Shown here one piece after another: positions 21,790-29,276 of a stretch of DNA of 29,276 nucleotides (the stretch's first letter is position 1; each line of letters begins with the position of its first letter). The position numbers and the translations under genes were made by a program. This DNA comes from Octopus sinensis. Its lineage: Eukaryota. The stretch lies in contig NW_021833200.1 in the NCBI RefSeq assembly GCF_006345805.1, positions 1 to 29,276 on the forward strand, written 5' to 3'. The notes under the pieces were generated by a model. The model worked only from the letters and a program-made list of their open reading frames with translations. It was not told where the DNA came from and did no database searches.

Positions 21790-22465
21790 TCTAAACCCCT
21801 TTGAGCAACATCAAAATTCACTCATCCATCGACAAACACTCTCCAAGCTTTCCTATCGTTTATAAACTCTCTTGCCTCTCTCACTCCAACACGTCTAACC
21901 ATCAAAGCTTTCCTCACTCCATCCCTCCACACAAACCAACCTCTGCCTCTGCTGCCCGCTACTTCAGCCTTCATCACCCTCCTTACCTATTTCTTTACTA
22001 CCCACAAGGGGCTAAACATGGAGGGGACAAACAAGGACAGACATAGGTATTAAGTCAATTACATCGACCCCAGTGCGTAACTGGTACTTAATTTATCAAC
22101 CCTGAAAGGATGAAAGGCAAAGTTGACCTCGGCGGAATTTGAACTCAGAACATGACGGCAGACGAAATACCTATTTCTTTACTACCCACATGGGGCTAAA
22201 CATAGAGGGGACAAACAAATGACAGACATAGGTATTAAGTCAATTACATCGACCCCAGTGCGTAACTGGTACTTAATTTATCAACCCTGAAAGGATGAAA
22301 GGCAAAGTTGACCTCGGCGGAATTTGAACTCAGAACCTAACAGCAGACGAAATACTGCTAAGCATCTCGCCGGGCGTGCTAACGATTCTGCCAGCTCATC
22401 ACCTTCCTTACCATCCGCACCTCATCCATCCTCTCCACATGGCCAAACCACCTCAACATTCATCT
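21790..22465 (-). mobile_element. RTE-clade LINE 3' fragment split by a SINE insertion
   Basis: Joined flanks translate MLRWFGHVERMDEVRMV / RRVMKAEVAGSRGRGWFVWRDGVRKALMVRRVGVREAREFINDRKAWRVFVDG*. CCTTACC flanks the insertion on both sides. Confidence 0.85.
21988..22404 (-). mobile_element. SINE family B with a 184-bp tandem duplication of its 3' part
   Basis: Near-identical units start at 21984 and 22168. Confidence 0.88.
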
Positions 22466-22489
22466 ATCTATTATATATAATATGTATAT

Positions 22490-22735
22490 GAGGGGGATAA
22501 TTATAATTCAGATTTCCACCTCGTCAGAACTTCATGTAGGAAACTACTTGGCGTATAGTATTCAGTTAACTGAATAAACATCAGTTAAATTCCAGTTGAT
22601 GAGAAAACACTTCGAATAATGATGTCTAAGATATTGTATATTTTACATATCTCTATATGTGGCATGGAATAAAAAAAATATTCGCTTACTGAAATGATTC
22701 TACAATCAATATGAATTTCTTTTCCCTCATTTACA
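22490..22735. mobile_element. Possible degenerate mariner-type MITE
   Basis: TATGAGGGGGA start and TTTCCCTCATT end; weak inverted match only. Confidence 0.3.
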
Positions 22736-22736
22736 T

Positions 22737-22787
<51 letters not shown>

Positions 22788-22914
22788 ATATAATAATTAT
22801 TATTTGAGGGAATAAAATCCAAACTTACAAGGAAAAAAAATTCAATTTCTAGATGGTGTAATTTAATTATTCATTTTGAATTGATAAAAGGTTGGGTTTT
22901 TTTTCTAATTTTAT

Positions 22915-22971
22915 GTATGTATGTATGATGTATGTGTGTGTGTGTGTTGTGTGTGTGTGTGTGTGTGTATG

Positions 22972-23004
<33 letters not shown>

Positions 23005-23051
23005 GTATGTATATATGTATGTATATATATATGTATGTATATATATATATA

Positions 23052-23084
<33 letters not shown>

Positions 23085-23091
23085 TTGTATG

Positions 23092-23154
<63 letters not shown>

Positions 23155-23160
23155 ATACAT
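22915..23160. repeat. Compound (TG)n/(TA)n/(ATGT)n microsatellite
   Basis: Direct simple repeats. Confidence 0.95.
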
Positions 23161-23169
23161 ATTTATTCT

Positions 23170-23490
23170 TTTATTGTCTTTTACCTGTTTCAGTCATCTT
23201 GACTGCAGCCATGCTGGAGCATTGCCTTTAGTCAAATGAATCCACCCCAGGACTTATTCTTTGTAAGCCTAGTACTTATTCTATCGGTGATTTTTTACCA
23301 AACCGCTAAGTTATGAGTGAGGACAAACACAGACACACACACACATATGACAGGCTTCTTTCAGTTTCCATCTACCAAATCCACTCACAAGGCTTCGGTC
23401 AGCCCGGGCTATTATAGAAGACACTTTCCCAAGGTGTCACACAGTGGGACTGAACCCAGAACCATGTGGTTGGGAAGCAAGCTTCTTTCC
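23170..23490 (-). mobile_element. SINE family A
   Basis: Reverse complement of 1-434. Confidence 0.85.
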
Positions 23491-23499
23491 ACATACTGG

Positions 23500-23725
23500 G
23501 CAGCACCTTGTGTTCTTAAGCAAAACACTTCATTTCATGGCACCCCAGTCCACTCAGCTGTAAATGGTTAACCCTTTAACGAAACAGCTTTTTGATCAGA
23601 GAGAATGTTAGTTAGTTAGCCTGCCTAGCCACCAAGGTTGCATCATTCGAAAGTTAAAGCAATGCAAAGTGCATTGTGACCAGTGATGTATAACAATATC
23701 CGACAGTCTGATTGATCATGTGATC
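23500..23725 (+). mobile_element. Old SINE remnant ending in a family C-type tail
   Basis: GCAATGCAAAGTGCATTGTGACCAGTGATGT...GATTGATCATGTGAT. Confidence 0.55.
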
Positions 23726-24316
23726 ATACAATATAACACGTACATAGACACACATGCGAATTTACACACACACACACACACACATACATAGTACAATTGA
23801 AAGAAAATCTTACAACCAAAGTATGAATGTGTGGAGGTGTGTATATGCAGGAAAATCTAGGGCGAGGATGAGAACTGTCAGCTGTGTTTAATACCCACCC
23901 TGTAGCTATCTATATACACCAGCTTAAAGATGAAAGGAACATGTACAACAAGTATGTACTTAGTGTGTGTGTGTGTGTGTGTGTGTAAAGGAAGACAACC
24001 GAGAAGAGATGTTACTATGTCAATGTATACCTATGAATGGGGATTCTTTTTTTTTTTTCTTGGCAGGTGTGCTGTACATAGGAGAAAGTAAGGAGATAAG
24101 AGACATGAGACAAATTAACCTGGATGTTTGTTGCTGTTGTTGTTGTTGTTATTATACGTGTATGTGTAGCCCCAGGAACAGTTCTTAATTCAACAGATCT
24201 ATAAAAGGTGCTTCGGTCTCAATCAATCTGTTGCCTTCATTGTTGTTGCTGTTGTTGTTGTTGTTGTTGTTGTTGCTCTTAAGCAACAAGACAGGTAATG
24301 GCGATTAGGTGATGGT

Positions 24317-24541
24317 CTAGGACTTAGGGGCGGGAGACCCCAGACTTTGGAAAAAAACAAAAAACTTTGGTCGTCTTGTTGTAGTCGAGAGCTCTTCGTT
24401 GACGCCCGACACCACTGGGAGGTGGCCCTCGAAGTCACTGGAAATGGAGATCTCCAGGTCCAAATTCTTGGACGGCTGTTGTTGCTGTTGGTTGATGTTG
24501 TTGTCATTGTATAACCCCCAGAATTCCTTCAGGGGACCTGT
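24317..24541 (-). CDS. Candidate terminal coding exon of an unidentified gene: TGPLKEFWGLYNDNNINQQQQQPSKNLDLEISISSDFEGHLPVVSGVNEELSTTTRRPKFFVFFQSLGSPAPKS*
   Basis: Long poly-T tract plus AG acceptor; 225 nt equals 75 codons to TAG. GC-rich island with strong G/C bias at codon position 3 in this frame. An alternative acceptor lies 4 nt inside (24537). Confidence 0.65.
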   Translation of the reverse strand, partial: TGPLKEFWGLYNDNNINQQQQQPSKNLDLEISISSDFEGHLPVVSGVNEELSTTTRRPKFFVFFQSLGSPAPKS

Positions 24542-25189
24542 CTAAAAAAAAAAAAAAAGATGGCGTTCTGGCACTGACTGTCTGCTTGGTGTTTTTGTTG
24601 TAGCAGTTTGTATGTGGTACGGGGATTATAGTTGTAACTGTGTAACTCAAGGCTTCAGCAATGACCCATCCAACGTATCTGCAACAATCCAGTTGTTTTT
24701 GTTGTTTAACCCCAGACTGACGCCAATTATGATCAAATGAATTTCGTACATGACCATCCCACCTTCTTATTTTAGGCATTATGTACCTTGTACTGCATTA
24801 TCCAATACAGTCTAAACTATAATCAGTAAGACACGAGTTGAGGGAAATTTTGATGTCATTTCTAGCAGGTCAATCAACCTCTTAAAGGCTCCCTCTTTGG
24901 CTTGGTTGGAACTATCCTACCTTTTATCCAGGTGTTTACTTTAGAATACATCATCCAGTGCTCTCCCCCACCTTTCTCTCTCTCTCTCACTAAGATAGTA
25001 CAGTGAAATTTGAGTAACAGACTACAATCAAAAGTTTTACTATCCTGTCTGTTAGCCAAGCATTGTTCCCACAGAAAATGGTATCCAATGTTTCTCTAAT
25101 TTGTTTTGAAACAGTAAGGCATGGTTTGTGAGATATTAATTTGCTATTTCTAGCTGTTCAAGATTCCATATAATGGCTCAATCACTCAC

Positions 25190-25210
25190 TGGCATGAACT
25201 GTCCTTGCCT
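25190..25210 (-). CDS. Candidate 21-nt micro-exon (RQGQFMP in phase 0)
   Basis: TTTTTTATGGCACTTATTTGTTAG|AGGCAAGGACAGTTCATGCCA|GTGAGT; splices in frame to 24541. Confidence 0.5.
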
Positions 25211-25260
25211 CTAACAAATAAGTGCCATAAAAAACAAACAGCTATATAAATATATAAAGT

Positions 25261-25465
25261 TAATCCAAACATGAAAACCCAAAGAGAAAACACAACAACG
25301 CAAGGACGTGGAACAAGTATAGTGTTATTGGACGCTCAGGAAAGGAAAGAAAGGAGGAGGATTTAACGTTTCGAGCGGAGCTCTTCGTCAGAAACATAGG
25401 TAAAGGAAAGATCCAAGGAAGGGAACACAGAGGAAAAAAATCGCCAGCAGTACACACGTGGTCAT
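25261..25465 (-). mobile_element. Short repeat, probably a Penelope-like element terminal remnant
   Basis: Carries a minimal hammerhead motif of the kind associated with Penelope-like pLTRs. No ORF. Confidence 0.5.
25361..25395 (-). ncRNA. Minimal type I hammerhead ribozyme motif
   Basis: GUUU-CUGACGA-A-GAGC(UCC)GCUC-GAAA-CGUU-AAAU: catalytic boxes, 4-bp helix II, palindromic ACGU helix III and a GUUU/AAAU helix I. Confidence 0.6.
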
Positions 25466-25495
25466 ATATATATACATGTATGTATGTATAAAGCA

Positions 25496-25747
25496 AATAA
25501 GTAACAAGGATGTGCAGGTATTAGTGCATTACGGCCGTTTCAGGCAGCTCCATTTAATCAAACAATGTAAGCATTACATCAATTTGAAATACACCGCTTT
25601 CTTCGGATGCATTAGACCATATAGGTTTTCAATATACAGGACACTCCATTATAATTTTTTAGCAAATATTTCATCAATACTAGAGAATAAACAAATTACA
25701 TTGTTTACTGCAATGCATGAATACCTGGACATCCTTGTTATCTATTT
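25496..25747. repeat. Imperfect foldback
   Basis: 25502-25530 pairs with 25712-25740 (26/29), and 25560-25570 pairs with 25696-25706. Confidence 0.75.
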
Positions 25748-25760
25748 GCTTCTTATTCAC

Positions 25761-25816
25761 CTAACTTTAAGCAGTGCGGACAATACCAGACTGACTTGGC
25801 ACCTCAACTAAAGTAC
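25761..25816 (-). other. Candidate small exon (56-nt non-coding, or 30-nt coding if the donor at 25786 is used)
   Basis: CTTCTACTATATTTTAG| acceptor; donors TAG|GTGAAT or CTG|GTATTG. Confidence 0.3.
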
Positions 25817-25958
25817 CTAAAATATAGTAGAAGAGTCACATTTTGTGAATTACAAACAAAAGAATGTGACTTATTAAACTTTTAGACCCCTTTGTAACTT
25901 TTGTCCCTGTGTGTGTGTGTGTGTGTGTGTTATATAATCAAAATTTCAAATGTGTTGG

Positions 25959-26090
25959 TATTTTACAGACAAGAAAGTGAATTTTGAACACAGTATAGCA
26001 CTGAGTACAGCAGAGAAAGGGAAATACCCAATCTTTCCCTGCTGTTCTCAAAGTTATACTGTGTTCAAAATTCACTTTGTCTGTAAAATA
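25959..26090. other. 132-nt hairpin (pre-miRNA-like or tiny MITE)
   Basis: 24-bp perfect stem 25974-25997/26055-26078, an imperfect upper stem and a roughly 13-nt loop. Confidence 0.8.
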
Positions 26091-26120
26091 AATTATGTGT
26101 GTGTGTGTTTTTGTGTGTGT

Positions 26121-26199
26121 ATCAAAACAGGAGATTGGAAAAGATTTTTGGTATCATTTATTTATTGCCAAAAATTTCTTTTCAATCTCCTGTTTTGAT
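26121..26199. other. 79-nt hairpin (pre-miRNA-sized)
   Basis: 17-bp perfect basal stem ATCAAAACAGGAGATTG/CAATCTCCTGTTTTGAT, then AAAAGA/TCTTTT and TTTTTGG/CCAAAAA, with a 12-nt loop. Confidence 0.8.
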
Positions 26200-26580
26200 T
26201 TAATATGCAATGGCTCTGCAAAAAACATTTACCAGCGTTTTATATATTATATATATATATTAAAGGGGAATATTCTTATGTTGTATGCCTCGCTTCTCTG
26301 GCTTTTTCCCTTTATTTGAAAAAAGTTTGTTTCTATGTTTTCGTTTCTCATTATGTTAAATGTTTTTTTGATGTCTTGTACCCATACATGCATGTATATA
26401 TACATATGTATATGTAGGTATGTACATATATGATGTATATATGCATATATTTATATTATGATATGATCGAACGCCACGTATCCTTTTCCAAGTAAGTTTT
26501 ATATATATATACTAGCTGAAGGTGACCCGCTCTACGTGTGAGTAAGAGTGTGGTTGTTACTTTCTGTTGCTTCTCCTTCA

Positions 26581-26890
26581 GCACGTAAAAAGCACCATCC
26601 GAACGTGCGGATTGCAGCGCTGCCTTGACTGGCTTCTGTTCTGGTGGCACGTAAAAAGCACCAACCGATCGTGGCCGCTGCCAGCCCCCCTGGCACCTGT
26701 GCAGGCGGCACGAAAAAGCCCCCACTACGCTCACAGAGTGGTTGGCGTTAGGAAGGGCATCCACCTGTCGAACACTGCCAGATCAGACTGGAGCCTGGTG
26801 CAGCCTCTGGCTTCCCAGGACCCCTGTCAAACTGTCCAACCCGTGCTAGCACGGAAAACGGACGTTAAACGATGATGATGATGATGATGA
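26581..26890 (+). mobile_element. SINE family D, 5'-truncated, nested in the Helitron
   Basis: GGTTGGCGTTAGGAAGGGCATCC core and GGACGTTAAACGATGATGAT tail. Confidence 0.85.
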
Positions 26891-27565
26891 TTCTCGTCTT
26901 GTTTCTTTCTCCTTTCTCTCTCACTTTCCACTCTCTTACTCTTCCTTTCTCTCGGACTCTCCCTCGCTTTCTCTTGTACTCTCTATCTTCATGTATCTCT
27001 CTCCCATTTATAAACAACAAAGATTGAGTAAGTTGAGAAATAAAATATTAGAAAATAACATCATAAATATCAGGCAGTTACAAAGGAAAGGTCTGCTTCA
27101 AGCAGACAGCCCCACAAACATAACATTTAAAAGGGACAGAAGAACTTGCGAGCTGAATAAAAATAAAATATTGGAAACCAAAGTTTGAAGGGATAGATTT
27201 GAGGATAGTAGAGTCACCATGGCTGGCATTTCTAACGACAGACAGCAACGATTGACAGTTCAACGGCTGGCGTAAAAATTTTGAACTTGATGTAAAAGAA
27301 AATCCCTAAAAAAACCAAGTTTGACTTGATTCTTTCTCACGACAGTAGACTCACGATGGCAAGCATTCAAAACTTCTTCATCATGGACGGCAACACATTG
27401 ACGATTAAAAGGCTGGCGCAAAGTTTGTAGCTTGATGTAAACAGAGAATTGCTAAACACCCGCTCCTTTAAATTTTAATCCCCTTCCAGCCCCATTTATA
27501 CCCCTTTCACCTTTGGTTAATATAACCGATTTCATTTGGGTCTACTGGGGCCACATTTATAAGAT

Positions 27566-27767
27566 GAGGACTCAACCAAGTTTCCCAAGTTCTGGTAATA
27601 GACAATAGAACACTCAACCAAGTTTCCCGATTTCTGGTCATAGACCATAGAACAGTCAAGCAATTTTCCGAGTCTGGTCATAGACCATAGAACACTCAAC
27701 CAAGTTTCTCCGAGTTTCTGGTCATAGACCATAGAACACTAAACCAAGTTTCCCGAGTTCTGGTCAT
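27566..27767. repeat. Roughly 42-bp minisatellite x5 with a TGGTC-ATA-GACCA mini-hairpin
   Basis: Consensus GAACACTCAACCAAGTTTCCCGAGTTCTGGTCATAGACCATA. Confidence 0.9.
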
Positions 27768-28152
27768 TTGCAGAATAAATAGACGGCGGAGGTTGCAGAC
27801 GTCGTTGCAATGTAACAATGATTGTTATAAGAGAAAGATTGTCCAGATTGTGTGTTGGTGGTGTTGGTGGTGGCGATGATAATTATCATTAGGAAAAAGA
27901 GTGAGTGAGTGAGGAGACATACATAAGCGTGTGGCGATGATAATTGTAGACCCCTTTTCATATTGATGAGAGAACCCGATTTCATTCGGGTGTACTGGGG
28001 CTACATATAGGTGTGTGGTGTGTGTGTGGTGTGGTGTGTTGTGTGTGTGTGCACGCTGTAGAAATTAAATTAGAGATAAAACCACTAATAGGGAAATGAA
28101 ACAGTAAAAAACCAAAACAAAAACATAAATAGAAATATAATTTAGATATATG

Positions 28153-28187
<35 letters not shown>

Positions 28188-28619
28188 TGACAGGTAGACA
28201 ATAGAATGCGATGGCGATGGGTGATGGCTATGTAATATTGTTACTGTCCATGAACGCTGATAGATACATGAGTAAAATGTATAGGAAGGTAAGCGATAAG
28301 AGTGAGTGAAAATGTTCTTGGAAGAGAGTAATCGCGACAGAGTGATTTGAGGAAGACTTTTACATTAAATAACGGTAGTTGCATTGTCATGAATGAGGAG
28401 TGACAGAGTATGGAGGAAATAGGGTGAGGTAGGAAGATGGCCCCTAGCAACCACACATTTTAAGATAGGGATTCTAAGGTAGCCCACGCGCATCGTCACC
28501 TCATTCTACATGTCCCTGTAAATTTTGGAGCGAATCGGACGGGATGTAGTGGCATTGAAAGCGATCCAAGCGATAAAAACGCAATTCAGTTTTATATATA
28601 GAGATATATATATATATAT

Positions 28620-28786
28620 ATCACCTTGACCGACCAGTCCGTCGGGCGTCCATTTGACACCACTGGTCACAGCACGCTGTCCACTCCTCTCAGGATCGCG
28701 CCTTTCTCATTCCCGCGATCCCAATTGTCCTCCTGAAATCGTAACTCCACCGTCATCGAGGCCTGCCGAGAGGTCATCTTCTTTTC
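28620..28786 (-). mobile_element. RTE-clade LINE extreme 3' end
   Basis: KRR*PLGRPR*RWSYDFRRTIGIAGMRKARS*EEWTACCDQWCQMDARRTGRSR*. The three internal TGA stops fall where Arg (CGA) is plausible; pattern GRP..RW...REEW. Confidence 0.75.
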
Positions 28787-28787
28787 C

Positions 28788-29110
28788 TTGTACTTGTTTC
28801 AGTCACCGGACTGAGGCCATGCAGGAGCACTGCCTTGAAGGGTTTAGTAGAACAAATTGACCCCAGTACTTATTTTCCTTTATAAGCCTGGTAATTATTC
28901 TATCAGTTGTCCTTTGCTGAACTGCTAAGTTATGGGGCCATAAACAAACCAACAGCGGTTGTCAAGCAGTGGTGGGGAACAAACACAAACCTCTCTCTCT
29001 CTATATATATATGTGTGTGTGTGCACCTCTGTGCATGTGTGTATTTATAATGGGATTCTTTCAGTTTCCATCTTCACCAAATTCACTCACAAGACTGGTT
29101 GGTTTGAAAC
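28788..29110 (-). mobile_element. SINE family A, 3' two-thirds
   Basis: Reverse complement of about 120-430. Confidence 0.8.
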
Positions 29111-29276
29111 CAAGTGGCTGAGGAGCAAATCTATTACGATATTGTCATGAATATAGTCATCGAGAAGGTAGCAAGAAGCAACAAAAGGGTTTTGACAAAC
29201 AAAAACAAAACAACTGGATATTTAATAAATGAGCTGAATTAAGCCAGTGTGTGTGTTAATTATTTTGGCATAACTG

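Larger units (their letters stand above)
26512..28604 (-). mobile_element. Composite roughly 2.1-kb non-autonomous Helitron (ends assumed to belong together)
   Basis: Minus strand A|TCTCTATATATAAAA at 28604 and a degenerate hairpin plus CACCTTCAGCTAG|T at 26512. Contains internal duplications, a minisatellite and a nested SINE. Confidence 0.6.

Noticed and set aside
24067-24294. Plus-strand exon-like segments 24067-24087 and 24197-24294 with good splice motifs
   Set aside because: They lie antisense to the presumed 3' UTR, are largely (GTT)n-derived and give no convincing joined product. A spliced antisense RNA cannot be excluded without RNA data.
24223-24507. Track ORF MTTTSTNSNN... (94 aa, minus)
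   Set aside because: It is out of frame with the acceptor (TGA follows shortly after it). The overlapping frame has the GC3 bias, and this ORF's end is (CAA)n.

Overview
AT-rich, microsatellite- and transposon-dense eukaryotic DNA. The SINE families look like those of Octopus/coleoid cephalopods; this is an inference from recall, not a database result. There is no rRNA, true tRNA gene, CRISPR array or intact autonomous element, and almost all ORF-track entries are microsatellite or repeat artefacts. The window holds four recurring SINE families (called A to D here), four RTE-clade LINE relics, one CR1-clade 3' end, four non-autonomous Helitrons, several MITE/foldback elements and two minisatellites. 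The non-repeat signal is a set of short candidate exons on the minus strand. One group is a GC3-rich terminal exon (24317-24541) with a 21-nt micro-exon upstream (25190-25210). The other is a signal-peptide-like exon (18042-18123) that could splice in frame to a 25-aa exon (10147-10225), which has a decayed tandem duplicate (10610-10679). Other highlights are a minimal Penelope-type hammerhead ribozyme motif (25361-25395, minus), two adjacent pre-miRNA-like hairpins (25959-26199), an RTE LINE 3' end sharing its tail with SINE family C, a roughly 2.1-kb composite Helitron, and a template-switch hairpin at a SINE head. All gene models were read by eye and are unverified. Repeat boundaries are approximate to within tens of bp.
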